Shown here piece after piece: positions 27,971-38,711 of a stretch of DNA of 64,000 nt. The stretch lies in the NCBI RefSeq assembly GCF_031292145.1, contig NZ_JARLHR010000120.1. One strand, written 5' to 3'. The notes below the pieces were generated by a model. That model searched no databases. It was not told the DNA's origin and worked only from the letters and a program-made list of their open reading frames with translations. Position 1 is the first letter of the stretch. Every line of letters begins with the position of its first letter. Made by a program: the position numbers and the translations under genes. This stretch comes from Clostridium sp. GTDB taxonomy: Bacteria > Bacillota > Clostridia > Clostridiales > Clostridiaceae.

Positions 27971-29404
27971 CTATAATATTGGAGATACTAATCTAATTAA
28001 GGATTCTTTAATTCTAAGTGAAAGGCTTCTATTATAATAAACTTCTTTTGTTATTTCCTCTGAATCCATAATATCTTTCATAAATTGCATTTCTCCATCC
28101 TTTGCAATCCTATCATCAAAAATAAATGCATTAACTTCGAAGTTAAGTTTAAAACTTCTAATATCTAAATTAGCTGTCCCTATACTCATTACTGAACTAT
28201 CAGCAACTATTGTCTTTGCATGAATAAATCCATTTTCGTAACAATATATCTTTATTCCTGCCTCTAAAAGTTCACCAACATATGAACTTGCAGCCCATTT
28301 CATGAAAAAATGGTCTGGCTTGCCTGGTATTATTATTCGCACATCTACCCCTGATAATGCAGATATTTTTAGAGATTCTAATATAGGTGAGTCCAAAACT
28401 AAATATGGTGTCTCTAAATATAAATTCCTTTTAGCATTATTTATTAACTTTAAATAAGCATTTCTAATATACTCTTCCTTATGGTCTGGCCCACTAGTAA
28501 CAATTTGTATACCTACATCTCCAAAGCCTTCTGGAATTTCTTCTGCATATTTATCATAATCATTTATTTTTTCTCCAGAGGCATAACACCAATCAAGTAA
28601 AAATCTTTCATTTAGGTCCCCAACCGCTTCTCCTTGAATTCTCACATGAGTATCTCTCCAAAATCCAAATTCTTTATCTCTGTTTATATATTCCTTTCCC
28701 ACATTAAATCCGCCAACATACCCATACTCTCCATCAATAACAACTATTTTTCTGTGATTTCTGTAATTTATACGCGTATTTATATGTGGTAAAATTCCTG
28801 GAAAGAATAAAGCAAATTTTCCTCCAACATTTAAATATTTTCTAAGTGCTTTTTTGGTTAACTTACGTGAACCCATACTATCTACTAATAGCCTTACCTC
28901 TACTCCACTTTTAACTTTTTTAGTAAGTTCTTCTAGTATACTTTTACCAAGAGTATCAGCTCTAAAAATGTAATACTCCACATGAATATATTTTTTAGCA
29001 TTTCTAATGTCTTCTAGTAATTGCTTAAATTTATCTTCACCATTTGTATACACCTTTACTTTGTTATTTATTCTATACTTTGCACCAGAATGGTTAAAGT
29101 TTAATTTTCTTAAATCCGAAAATTTTTCGCCTCCATCGTGACTATAATAATTCGATTCATATGTATCAATTAAAAATTTTCTTTTATTTTCATCATTTTT
29201 TATTTTCTCTTTAAAAATCTTTTGCCTACTTAGATTTTGGCCAAACATAACATAAATAGAGAAACCAAGTATTGGTAAAACCATAATTATCAGAAGCCAT
29301 GCCCATGTTGTAGTTGGATCTTTTCGTTCTATAAATATTAATGAAAAAGCAAGTAAGCTATTTAATATCAAAGCTATAGTTACTAAGAATAAAATTATAT
29401 TCAT
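27971..29404 (-). CDS. cls: cardiolipin synthase
   Basis: 477 aa with two N-terminal TM segments and two HKD motifs (HRKIVVIDG, HAKTIVAD). Confidence 0.85.
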   Translation of the reverse strand: MNIILFLVTIALILNSLLAFSLIFIERKDPTTTWAWLLIIMVLPILGFSIYVMFGQNLSRQKIFKEKIKNDENKRKFLIDTYESNYYSHDGGEKFSDLRKLNFNHSGAKYRINNKVKVYTNGEDKFKQLLEDIRNAKKYIHVEYYIFRADTLGKSILEELTKKVKSGVEVRLLVDSMGSRKLTKKALRKYLNVGGKFALFFPGILPHINTRINYRNHRKIVVIDGEYGYVGGFNVGKEYINRDKEFGFWRDTHVRIQGEAVGDLNERFLLDWCYASGEKINDYDKYAEEIPEGFGDVGIQIVTSGPDHKEEYIRNAYLKLINNAKRNLYLETPYLVLDSPILESLKISALSGVDVRIIIPGKPDHFFMKWAASSYVGELLEAGIKIYCYENGFIHAKTIVADSSVMSIGTANLDIRSFKLNFEVNAFIFDDRIAKDGEMQFMKDIMDSEEITKEVYYNRSLSLRIKESLIRLVSPIL

Positions 29405-29567
29405 ATGAATTCACTTCCTTTCTTGTGAACTACCATCACTATAGAAGTGGCTGGCTTCTTGGTCAATTATATTGAATTTACATATAATATTGTATCATAA
29501 ATAGTCTATTCTTAATATTTTCATTTTATAATTAAATTTCAATCGCAAGATATTGTAAGTTATATAA

Positions 29568-29707
29568 GATACATTCAAAAAAAATAACAAGTCAGGATTC
29601 TAGTATATTTTGCGCAATGCTTTGTCGGCAATACTAACTAATATTACCAACTTGCTTTACAAAAATATACGCAACATCTTTGACCCATATAGTGACAAGG
29701 TAATGCC
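29568..29707. mobile_element. degenerate family-A (A8 subtype) copy abutting the leuS promoter
   Basis: The left arm AAAATAACAAGTCAGGATTCTAGTATATTTTGCGC aligns with 52925-52960. The right arm is only partly retained and ends in ATGCC at 29707. Confidence 0.45.
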
Positions 29708-29737
29708 TTGACTTTTTTACATTTTTTAATATATAAT
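29708..29737 (+). promoter_or_regulatory. sigma-A promoter of the leuS T-box leader
   Basis: TTGACT, an 18-nt spacer, then TATAAT. Confidence 0.5.
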
Positions 29738-29744
29738 ATCTTTA

Positions 29745-30052
29745 AATTTATATATTATATATATTGTGATGAATAGGAGTATTAGTAATAAATATATCCT
29801 AGGCACAATAAAAAAATACGATGCATCTTTGGTCTATTATTTTATTATGTGCCTTACAGAGAGCTGTTGGTCGGTGTAAAACAGTGTTATATTATTATGA
29901 ACTTGCCTAGGAGCTTACTTGTTTAAAGCAAGTACGGTAAACCCGTTAAAGTTTTTGAGTGAGAAGAATTAATTTAATTTATTTCTTCTAATTAAGAGTG
30001 GTACCACGGAATTATGCTTTCGTCTCTTTGTTTTAGAGATGAAGGCTTTTTT
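29745..30052 (+). promoter_or_regulatory. T-box riboswitch leader (probable Leu specifier CUU) with terminator
   Basis: GA motif TGATGA, AGTA box, AG bulge AGAGAG, distal loop GGTGTAA, F-box CCGTTA and T-box AATTAAGAGTGGTACCACGG at 29990-30009. The terminator is GCTTTCGTCTCT/AGAGATGAAGGC plus T6 at 30016-30052. CTT at 29902-29904 sits in the expected specifier position. Confidence 0.85.
29802..29853. mobile_element. family-A MITE-like element, copy A5 (short), inside T-box Stem I
   Basis: GGCACAATAAAAAAATA...TATTATTTTATTATGTGCC, flanked by CTA/TTA. Confidence 0.7.
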
Positions 30053-30082
30053 ATTTACAATTAACAATTTAGGAGGATAACA

Positions 30083-32533
30083 ATGGCAAATTACGGAACT
30101 AAAATCGATGAAAAATGGCAAAAAATATGGGAAGAAAATGAAACTTATAAGTTTAATCCTGAAAATGCAGATAAGAAACTTTATACACTTGAAATGTTCT
30201 CTTATCCATCAGGTGCTCAACTTCATGCTGGTCACTGGTTTAACTATGGGCCAACAGATTCATGGGCAAGACTTAAGAGAATGCAGGGATATAACGTATT
30301 CCAACCAATGGGCTTCGATGCTTTTGGATTACCTGCCGAAAACTATGCTATAAAAACAGGAATACATCCACAAGATTCTACTTTAAAGAATATAGAAACA
30401 ATGGAAAAACAATTAAAATCAATGGGTGCAATGTTCAACTGGGAAAATGAAGTTGTTACTTGTCTTCCTGATTATTATAAATGGACTCAATGGTTATTCC
30501 TAAAACTTTACGAAAAAGGTTTAGCTTATAGAAAAAAGGCACCTGTAAATTGGTGTCCATCATGCAACACCGTTTTAGCAAATGAACAAGTTGTTGATGG
30601 AGCTTGCGAAAGATGTAGTACAGAAGTTAAGAAGAAAGACCTTACTCAATGGTTCTTCAAAATAACTGACTACGGTGATGAATTACTTGATAAGCTAGAT
30701 GGTTTAGATTGGCCTGAAAAGACTAAATCTATGCAAAAACACTGGATTGGAAGATCTTACGGCGCTCAAGTTACTTTCAAGGTTAAAGATTCAGACTTAC
30801 AATTTGATGTCTTTACTACAAGAGTTGATACTTTAAATGGTGTTACATATGTAGTTTTAGCTCCTGAAAATAAATTAGTTGATGAGCTTACACTTCCAGA
30901 ATATAAGACTGCTGTTGAAGAATATAAAGAAGCTGCTGCTAAACAATCTGAAATTGAAAGACAATCAAATACAAAAGAAAAGACAGGCGTATTTACTGGA
31001 TCTTATGCTATGAATCCTATAAACGGTAAAGTAGTTCCTATTTGGATTTCTGATTATGTATTAGCTACTTATGGTACTGGATGCGTTATGGCTGTTCCGG
31101 CTCATGATGAAAGAGACTTTGCTTTTGCAACTAAATTTAATTTACCAATTGAAAGAGTTATAACCGATAAAGACAACACTAATCCAGAACTTCCATATTG
31201 CGAATATGGAGTACTTGTTAATTCAGGTAAATTTGATGGATTAACAACTGATGACGCTAAAAAGAAAATAGTTGAAGATTTAGAAAAAGATAAATTAGGT
31301 GCAATGAAGATTAACTTCAGATTAAGAGACTGGTTAGTTTCAAGACAAAGATATTGGGGTGCTCCAATTCCAATTGTATATTGTGACGATTGCGGAATAG
31401 TTCCAGTCCCTGAAAAAGATCTTCCAGTAGAACTTCCATACGATGTTGAATTTACTCCAGATGGTAAATCACCACTCGGTAAATCTGAAAAATTCATAAA
31501 TACCACTTGTCCTCACTGCGGAAAACCTGCAAAGAGAGAAGCTGATACTTTAGATACTTTTGTATGTTCCTCATGGTACTACTTAAGATATGCAGATAGC
31601 AAAAATGCAGATGCACCTTTTGATCCTGAAAAAATCAATAAGATTCTTCCTGTAGATAAATACGTTGGTGGCCCAGAACATGCCTGCATGCACTTATTAT
31701 ATGCAAGATTTATAACAAAAGCTTTAAGAGATATGGGATACTTAAACTTTGATGAACCATTCTTAAGCTTAACTCACCAAGGCTTAATATTAGGGCCAGA
31801 TGGACTTAAAATGAGTAAATCAAAAGGAAATACAATTTCTCCTGATGATTACATTAAAGAATACGGTGCTGATGTATTTAGAATGTATTTAATGTTTGGA
31901 TTTGGATACACTGAAGGTGGAGCATGGAGTGATGATGGAATAAAATCTGTTGGTAAATTTGTAGATAGAATTGAAAGAACTCTAGAAACTTGCAGAAATA
32001 TAATAGCTTCAAATGAAAATCCTAAAGATTCCATAGATTCAGCTGAAAAAGAATTAAACTTCTGGAAGCACACTGCTATAAAAGGTGTTACTGAAGATGG
32101 AGAAAAAATGCAATTTAACACTGCAATAGCAAGACTTATGGAGCTTACAAATGCAATCAATAAGTATATTCAAGAAGAAGTAAAAAATCCAAAATTCCTA
32201 AAGGAAACTATAGCTGATTTCTTAAAATTACTTGCACCATTTGCTCCACACTTTACTGAAGAACAATGGAACTTACTTGGAAATGCATCAACAATATTTA
32301 ATGAAAAATTCCCTAAATTTGATCCTTCTGCTTTAATTAAGGATGAAGTTGAAATTGCTATTCAAGTCAATGGTAAGATAAAAGCAAAAATTATGGTAGC
32401 TTCAAACTTAGATGAAGAAGGTATAAAGAAAGCTTCTTTAGAAAATGAAACTATTAAAGAAAATACTGAAGGTAAAAATATTGTTAAAGTAATTGTAATT
32501 AAAGGAAGACTTGTTAATATAGTTGTAAAATAA
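30083..32533 (+). CDS. leuS: leucine--tRNA ligase
   Basis: 816 aa with a HIGH-type motif (HAGH) and KMSKS (LKMSKSKGN). RBS AGGAGGA. Confidence 0.95.
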   Translation: MANYGTKIDEKWQKIWEENETYKFNPENADKKLYTLEMFSYPSGAQLHAGHWFNYGPTDSWARLKRMQGYNVFQPMGFDAFGLPAENYAIKTGIHPQDSTLKNIETMEKQLKSMGAMFNWENEVVTCLPDYYKWTQWLFLKLYEKGLAYRKKAPVNWCPSCNTVLANEQVVDGACERCSTEVKKKDLTQWFFKITDYGDELLDKLDGLDWPEKTKSMQKHWIGRSYGAQVTFKVKDSDLQFDVFTTRVDTLNGVTYVVLAPENKLVDELTLPEYKTAVEEYKEAAAKQSEIERQSNTKEKTGVFTGSYAMNPINGKVVPIWISDYVLATYGTGCVMAVPAHDERDFAFATKFNLPIERVITDKDNTNPELPYCEYGVLVNSGKFDGLTTDDAKKKIVEDLEKDKLGAMKINFRLRDWLVSRQRYWGAPIPIVYCDDCGIVPVPEKDLPVELPYDVEFTPDGKSPLGKSEKFINTTCPHCGKPAKREADTLDTFVCSSWYYLRYADSKNADAPFDPEKINKILPVDKYVGGPEHACMHLLYARFITKALRDMGYLNFDEPFLSLTHQGLILGPDGLKMSKSKGNTISPDDYIKEYGADVFRMYLMFGFGYTEGGAWSDDGIKSVGKFVDRIERTLETCRNIIASNENPKDSIDSAEKELNFWKHTAIKGVTEDGEKMQFNTAIARLMELTNAINKYIQEEVKNPKFLKETIADFLKLLAPFAPHFTEEQWNLLGNASTIFNEKFPKFDPSALIKDEVEIAIQVNGKIKAKIMVASNLDEEGIKKASLENETIKENTEGKNIVKVIVIKGRLVNIVVK

Positions 32534-32547
32534 TTATAAAAAATATA

Positions 32548-32600
32548 AAGGATACCCATTGTAATATCTATATTAGGGTATCCTTTGAATTTTTATATTG
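32548..32600. terminator. bidirectional terminator between convergent leuS and the MCP-like gene
   Basis: AAGGATACCC..loop..GGGTATCCTT followed by TGAATTTTTA. Confidence 0.6.
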
Positions 32601-32611
32601 CTAATATTATT

Positions 32612-33448
32612 TTATGAAATTAAGTTATTAGCTAATTCTATCATTTTTTTAGCATTATCATCTAAATCGCTCATCGAAGCATTTATTTCCTCAGTTGCAG
32701 CAGCTTGATTCTGAACAATGTCATCCAATTGACCAATATTTTGTTCTATTGTTACAAAAGCATTATAAATAGATGTAACAATGTTAGATATTTCTTGCAC
32801 ATTATTATTTGTATCTGCTGCCAATTTACCGATTTCGTTCGCAACAACCCCAAATCCTTTTCCTTGATCTCCAGCTCTAGCTGCTTCTATCCTTGCATTT
32901 AGCGAAAGTAGTTTAGTCTGGTTAGCTATTTGTTTTATCAATGTAGTAACTGACTCTATTTTCTTTAACTGATCATTAGCTTTACCAGTATTGTAGCTTA
33001 ACTCATCAACTGCATTAGCTATACTATTAGCATTCATTGCAATATTTTCGCTTGCTTTTAATGTATGCTCTGAAGTTTCATTAAGCTGAGCAGACATTTC
33101 CCTAAACATATCTTGTTGTTCGGATGGAGATGTCATAGCAATTACTCCAATTACTTCACCATTATGAAATACAGGTGAAGAAATACCTACATATGGCGTA
33201 CCTGAAGGTGAATGCTTTCCATCTATATTAACTTTTATACGCTTTTTCTCTCTAATTGCTCTATCACCAGCAGTTCCTTGTACTATTTTAGAACCAACTT
33301 GTAAATTTAATTTTATTTCATCTGATTGATAATAACCTATTATTTTCTCTGTGTCATAAATACCAACAGTACTCTTTCCATCCATTAAATCATACAGGTA
33401 CTTGCCAGTTTGTATCATTAATTCATATGTGCTTTCTAATGTCTCCAT
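32612..33448 (-). CDS. soluble methyl-accepting chemotaxis-type signalling protein with N-terminal sensor domain
   Basis: C-terminal MCP signalling hairpin ([30 protein letters not shown]). Start moved to METLEST after GGAGGAA. Confidence 0.75.
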   Translation of the reverse strand: METLESTYELMIQTGKYLYDLMDGKSTVGIYDTEKIIGYYQSDEIKLNLQVGSKIVQGTAGDRAIREKKRIKVNIDGKHSPSGTPYVGISSPVFHNGEVIGVIAMTSPSEQQDMFREMSAQLNETSEHTLKASENIAMNANSIANAVDELSYNTGKANDQLKKIESVTTLIKQIANQTKLLSLNARIEAARAGDQGKGFGVVANEIGKLAADTNNNVQEISNIVTSIYNAFVTIEQNIGQLDDIVQNQAAATEEINASMSDLDDNAKKMIELANNLIS

Positions 33449-34329
33449 AATATACCATTCCTCCAAAATATTCACTTTATGTTAAAGTAAACAAATTATA
33501 ATTAATTTTTTTCTTTCTGACTCATTTTTTCATCTCCAATGCCTTATCTAATTAAGATTTTTTCTATATATTATTTTTGTCCATAATGAATATGCAATTA
33601 AAAATAAAATCAATAATACTAACATTCCATATTCTTTTTCTAAAGAGTATTATATGAAAAATAACATATTAAAAAACAGTAAATATATATATAATAAAAT
33701 TTGCTTTGAAATATTGATTTATTATTCCCTAAATATTTTATGACTATTTTCTGAGCTTTTTTAGTTAATATAATTTCAACAAGCATAGAAATTATAAATG
33801 TAATATATTTATTAATTTTAAAAAATGATAATAACATGGAAAAAATCAAGCTAACTTTAACATATTTATATTAATTATTAATTCAGTCAAAATTATAATT
33901 TATTTATCTATTTTCTTCACATTGCAAAACACACATCTTTATGCACATATACTTACTATTTTGTATTATATATTGCATACTACTCAAATAATACCTGACA
34001 AATTATACTTTATTTACCCATAATTTTTGAGAGTCTAAAACTGCTAAATCATATATTTATAAACTAACACTAAATTTAAAACTCTAAAAGTATACGACTT
34101 TTTAGTCGAACTTAGGTCATAGCATCCCTTAATACATCTAAGTTTGGTTACAATAGCTTAGTTTCAACCAGCTTTCTTTTATTATTAAGTATTTTTTACT
34201 ATAGCTGAATTACCTTAGAATTTAAATCTATACGCCAAAATCATTTATTTTACTAAGTTTTCTACATCCATATAATTGAACATCTAATTGTATACTCAGT
34301 AAAAAAGTCCGACTTATTACTTTGTAAGT

Positions 34330-35016
34330 TTATGAATTAAACCTATATCCCGTACCCCAAAGAGTTTCTATGTACTCTGGATTTCCAGGGTCTTTTTCAA
34401 TCTTCTTCCTTAGCTTCTGTATATGAACTGCCACAGTCGCTGTATCACCATAGTACTCTTCTCCCCATATTTTATCGAACAACTGATCCTTAGTGAAAAC
34501 TATATTAGGATTAGAAGCTAAGAATACCATAAGCTCATACTCTTTTGTAGTAAGAATAACTTCTTTACCACTTACAAAAACTTTATGAGAATCTGTCCTT
34601 ATCTCTAAGGATTTGTGGCTAATAACACTAGTTTGCATCTTCTTTCCTGATAATCGTTCATATCTAATCATGTGAGACTTTATTCTTGCAACTAATTCTG
34701 CCGGACTAAAAGGTTTTGTTAAATAATCATCTGCTCCAAACCCCAAACCCTTTATCTTATCAATATCTTCACATCTTGCTGATACAATTATTATAGGTAT
34801 TTCATATTTATCTCTGACTTCCTTTACTATTTCATATCCACCCTTACCAGGGATCATTAAATCTACGATAATAAGATTATATATACCCATAAGAGCTTTC
34901 TTTAATCCCTCAGTACCATCTTCAATTATTTCTACCTTGTAGCCATTCAATTGAAGATACTCTTTTTCTAGTTCTGCAATATTCATATCATCTTCAATAA
35001 TTAATATCTGTTTCAT
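34330..35016 (-). CDS. OmpR-family response regulator
   Basis: Receiver domain (IVDLMIPG) plus a winged-helix C-terminus (TLWGTGYRF). Confidence 0.85.
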   Translation of the reverse strand: MKQILIIEDDMNIAELEKEYLQLNGYKVEIIEDGTEGLKKALMGIYNLIIVDLMIPGKGGYEIVKEVRDKYEIPIIIVSARCEDIDKIKGLGFGADDYLTKPFSPAELVARIKSHMIRYERLSGKKMQTSVISHKSLEIRTDSHKVFVSGKEVILTTKEYELMVFLASNPNIVFTKDQLFDKIWGEEYYGDTATVAVHIQKLRKKIEKDPGNPEYIETLWGTGYRFNS

Positions 35017-36269
35017 ATACTTTCTCCTCTCTTTATAGGAAGCTGTATAGTAAAGGTACTTCCATCCCCTATGGTGCTAGTTACATAAATCTCTCCGCCA
35101 TGAGCCTCTATCATTTCTTTAGCAATTGCAAGACCCAAACCTGTACTCATTAAATCTTTAGTTCGTTCTGCATCAATACGATAAAACCTATTAAATATGT
35201 TTGGAAGTTTATCTTCTGGAATACCTGGCCCATTATCTTTAACCTCTATATTAACATATGCATCCTCGTTATATAATTTAACTTTAATAAACGGCTCCTG
35301 TTGATTCCCATATTTCACTGCATTCCCTATAACATTTCTAATAACTTGATATATTCTTTTTCCATCTACACTAGCTTCTAATTCTTCCGATAATTTATCT
35401 TCAAATATAAATTTAATATCTTTTTCCTTAAGCACAAAGCTAAACTCTTCCATAAGATCAATCATAAAAGGTCTGATTTTGATTTTCTCAAAGTTAAAAT
35501 CCAGTTTCTGCATATCTAATTTTGAAAATAAAAACAAATCATCAATAAGGTTATTTATATATATAGTATTATTATGAATTACTTTTAGATAGTTATTTAC
35601 TTTGTCAGCAGACGTAACAACTCCATCCACTAAAGCCTCAATATATCCATTTATTGAAGTGATTGGTGTTTTTAAATCATGTGAAATATTAGCTATAAGT
35701 GCCTTTCTATTTTCTTCGTATTCCTGTTTCATTTTCTCAGCTTGACTTAAATTTTCAGCCATTTTATTAAAATCATATATTAAAATACCTATTTCATTAT
35801 ATATATCGTTATCAATTCTCACATTATAATTTCCTTTAGCAATTTGCTCGACACCATCTTTTAACTTTTCTATAGGCTCCATAATTCTTTTTTCCATCCT
35901 CAAAGTAATATATATATGCACAATTTCTTTAATAATAAAAATCACTACAAAGAAAATAGTAATTGCTTGCACACCCACAAATTTGAATACTAGAAAAAGT
36001 AAAAAGACACTCATCAAAAAGCTGGCTGGTCTTAACCATCTTAAACATCTATGAATTCTATGAAATTCATTAAATTGCTTATGATGAAGCTTATGATGTT
36101 CATGTGAAAATTCATGTCTCATTCTATTAAGCTCATGAAGTTTCTCAAAGTATCTACGATATTCTTCATCTGTTTTATCATTAAAATGCTTTCTAGCTTT
36201 AAATCTTTTAATCTTAGACACCACCTTAAATGAGATTTTAATTATTATAAATATTATAACATTACACAT
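35013..36269 (-). CDS. sensor histidine kinase with His-rich N-terminal extension
   Basis: H-box ISHDLKTP and GHKL G-boxes (DNGPGI, GLGLAI). Two TM segments have almost no external loop. The N-terminus reads HEFSHEHHKLHHKQFNEFHRIHR. The start codon is uncertain. Confidence 0.8.
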   Translation of the reverse strand: MCNVIIFIIIKISFKVVSKIKRFKARKHFNDKTDEEYRRYFEKLHELNRMRHEFSHEHHKLHHKQFNEFHRIHRCLRWLRPASFLMSVFLLFLVFKFVGVQAITIFFVVIFIIKEIVHIYITLRMEKRIMEPIEKLKDGVEQIAKGNYNVRIDNDIYNEIGILIYDFNKMAENLSQAEKMKQEYEENRKALIANISHDLKTPITSINGYIEALVDGVVTSADKVNNYLKVIHNNTIYINNLIDDLFLFSKLDMQKLDFNFEKIKIRPFMIDLMEEFSFVLKEKDIKFIFEDKLSEELEASVDGKRIYQVIRNVIGNAVKYGNQQEPFIKVKLYNEDAYVNIEVKDNGPGIPEDKLPNIFNRFYRIDAERTKDLMSTGLGLAIAKEMIEAHGGEIYVTSTIGDGSTFTIQLPIKRGESI

Positions 36270-36365
36270 TAACCTTCCATAAATAAAAATATAATTAGTA
36301 TAAACTTATTAATTATAAAATCAGCAGAATAAACTTTTGTTTTTTGTTCTATATATTATAATTAT

Positions 36366-36394
36366 AAGAAAAGCTACCGCTTTATACGATAGCC
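36366..36394 (-). terminator. hairpin plus U-tract after the His-rich protein gene
   Basis: Minus sense reads GGCTATCG-TATAAAG-CGGTAGC followed by TTTTCTT. Confidence 0.4.
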
Positions 36395-36490
36395 ATTCAT
36401 TAATTTTAATTATCTTTGTTATATATTAAAACTTTAAGTTAATCTTATATTGGGAATAGATATTCACACTTACTACACTTAAGTCTAGCT

Positions 36491-37159
36491 TTACCAAACT
36501 AGATCTAAACAACCTTTGATTGTATTTGCACCTTTTGCTGAGATTTCAACCTTTTCGATTTGATTGTTTTTATTTGCATATATTTTTAATAAAGCATCAC
36601 TTTGTTCTGAACATAATATCTCTTTTATAAATTCATGGTGCTTACAAAAGTCCTTGTTCATTCCATCATGCATTTGTTTGTTATACTCTAATATTTTTTC
36701 ATTATCAATTTCTTTATGGAAATCTTTATGCATATCCTTTATTTCCTTTAATACTTCCTTTAATTCTAAAGATATAATAGATTTTTCTTCCTTTTCTTCA
36801 ATTTGTACATTATTTAATAGATTTAATACAAAAGTGATTCTTGAAAGCCCAGCCTTTATTCCACCATGCCCATGCATTCTATGATGGTGCATATGCATTC
36901 CTTTATGGAACTTATGATGCGGGCAATCCTTTATATTAAATTCTGAATTACTTTCATGTTTTACTTTTTTTCCTTCAGCATCTAAATCTACATTTAATTT
37001 AGCTTTTGTTTCTCCACTTTTAGTATTAATTTCAAATTCATTAGAAAATGATAAGACTTTTACTTCTCCTTTAGCTGCTTCTACTTTTATATTTCCTTTG
37101 AATAGCTCCTTATCCTTCATTGTTTTAAATACATCATATAATACTTTAATTTTATTCAT
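36491..37159 (-). CDS. His-rich hypothetical protein
   Basis: 222 aa with no signal peptide. Contains the tract CPHHKFHKGMHMHHHRMHGHGG. Confidence 0.6.
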   Translation of the reverse strand: MNKIKVLYDVFKTMKDKELFKGNIKVEAAKGEVKVLSFSNEFEINTKSGETKAKLNVDLDAEGKKVKHESNSEFNIKDCPHHKFHKGMHMHHHRMHGHGGIKAGLSRITFVLNLLNNVQIEEKEEKSIISLELKEVLKEIKDMHKDFHKEIDNEKILEYNKQMHDGMNKDFCKHHEFIKEILCSEQSDALLKIYANKNNQIEKVEISAKGANTIKGCLDLVW

Positions 37160-37233
37160 TTATAACGCCTCCTAATATTTTTTCAAGGATACTTTAATAT
37201 GTTTCCTTGCTGTTATGAGTACATTATAAAATC

Positions 37234-37269
37234 CAATTTTAAAAATCCTTTAAAGCAATTTTAAAAATT
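37234..37269. promoter_or_regulatory. 14-bp direct repeat (22-bp period) upstream of the His-rich protein gene
   Basis: CAATTTTAAAAATC at 37234 and CAATTTTAAAAATT at 37256. Confidence 0.3.
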
Positions 37270-37425
37270 CTATAAACAATATTAAAATAATAAAAAATTA
37301 TAATGACAGTTTACTAAAATCTCTGCATATGTTTAAGACAAACTTAAACGAGCAATGCACTTAGTAACCTGCCATTACGTAATTTTATATTCTATTATTA
37401 TTTAAAGCTTGATACTGCTGCCTTG

Positions 37426-37776
37426 TTAAGCATAAGTATCAATTATATTAGTACTCCCTTGGGCAGTTTGTCCTGAATTTGTTGCATTTCCTTTGCCCTC
37501 AGTTTTTTTTAATGGTTCTGCTTGTTTATTAGAAACTTGGCTTGTACCATTAGACTTCTTTGCTTGAATTTGTGCCTCAATTTGTTGAATTTGAGATTGT
37601 AACTCTGAAATCTTTGATTGCTTTGTCTTTTCATCCCCCTTACTTGATTTAGCTGTTGATAACTCTGTTTCTAAACTTGCTTTTTCTTTCTCTAAAGCAC
37701 TTGTATCACTGCTACTTGTTGATGTACTTGTTGCATATGATGTGCTAGATACTGATGAAATTCCTGAAATACTCAT
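37426..37776 (-). CDS. Ser/Thr-rich coiled-coil protein, FlxA-like
   Basis: 116 aa with a low-complexity S/T N-terminus and the heptad-like ISELQSQIQQIEAQIQAKK. Confidence 0.5.
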   Translation of the reverse strand: MSISGISSVSSTSYATSTSTSSSDTSALEKEKASLETELSTAKSSKGDEKTKQSKISELQSQIQQIEAQIQAKKSNGTSQVSNKQAEPLKKTEGKGNATNSGQTAQGSTNIIDTYA

Positions 37777-37808
37777 AACATTTCTCCTTGTTTAATATTT
37801 ATTATTTA

Positions 37809-38618
37809 TTAAAGACTTTCGAAATTCATTGCTGATTCAAAATCACTTTTAATTGCATCTTCTTGATCTTGTGTTATTGTTTCTGATGTTACTAAGCTAT
37901 CTAGTGGATTTGTTCTTGTGCTAGTTGATGATGTATCCATGCTTGATTCATTTGCTTTCATGGCTTCTTCAAATGTACTTTCAATTGCATCTTCTTGGTC
38001 TTGCGTTATTGTCCCTGCCGATACTAAGCTATCTAATGGATTTGTTCTTGTGCTAGTTGATGATGTATCCATACTTGGTTTATTTGCTTTCCTTGCCGCA
38101 TCTAAAGCACTTTCAATTGCATCTTCTTGGTCTTGTGTTATTGCTCCTGATGATACTAAACTATCTAATGGATTTGTACTTGTTGATGTTGTATCCACGC
38201 TTGGTTTATTTGCTTTCATGGCCGTATCTAAAGCACTTTTAATTGAATCTGCTTGATCTTGCGTTATTGTTCCTGCAGTTATTAGGCTTTCTAAAGGATT
38301 TTGGGATTTATTTTTATTACTATATGTTCCTGATGCTTGAATTTCACTACCTCTAGATTGAAATACACTTTGAACAGCATCTGCTTGGTCTTGAGTAATA
38401 GTTCCCGCTTCAACTAAGCCAGATAAAGGGCTACTATTAGATCCATTTTGTGCAGAGTTTCCTAATGTCTGAACTCCTTGTTGACTTATTGATATAGAAT
38501 CATTTTCCTCTTGTTTTTTTTGTTGTTCTAATTTAGATTGTTGCAAAGCTTTTGCTGCTTGTATCCTTTTCTCAAGATATACTTCCATATTGTTTTGATT
38601 ATTACTTATTGTGTTCAT
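37809..38618 (-). CDS. repeat protein with about 6 copies of an NPL(D/E)SL..GTITQDQ(A/E)DAI module
   Basis: 269-aa ORF with tandem repeats of about 44 aa that are obvious in the translation. Confidence 0.6.
   Translation of the reverse strand: MNTISNNQNNMEVYLEKRIQAAKALQQSKLEQQKKQEENDSISISQQGVQTLGNSAQNGSNSSPLSGLVEAGTITQDQADAVQSVFQSRGSEIQASGTYSNKNKSQNPLESLITAGTITQDQADSIKSALDTAMKANKPSVDTTSTSTNPLDSLVSSGAITQDQEDAIESALDAARKANKPSMDTSSTSTRTNPLDSLVSAGTITQDQEDAIESTFEEAMKANESSMDTSSTSTRTNPLDSLVTSETITQDQEDAIKSDFESAMNFESL
37845..38300. repeat. intragenic tandem DNA repeats, about 132-bp period
   Basis: GCTATCTA(A/G)TGGATTTGTTCTTGTGCTAGTTGATGATGTATCCAT recurs at about 37896 and 38028, with a 6-nt shorter variant at about 38161. 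Confidence 0.8.
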
Positions 38619-38711
38619 CTATTATTCTCTCCTTCAACCCTGCTTCCCTGCATTTATTTTCTCCTATACTATATTTCATCGAAACATATGAATTAAAATC
38701 TAACGTAGTAC

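Noticed and set aside
33640-33849. 69-aa hydrophobic minus-strand ORF
   Set aside because: It lies in an AT-rich intergenic region with no SD and no start context. The evidence is insufficient.
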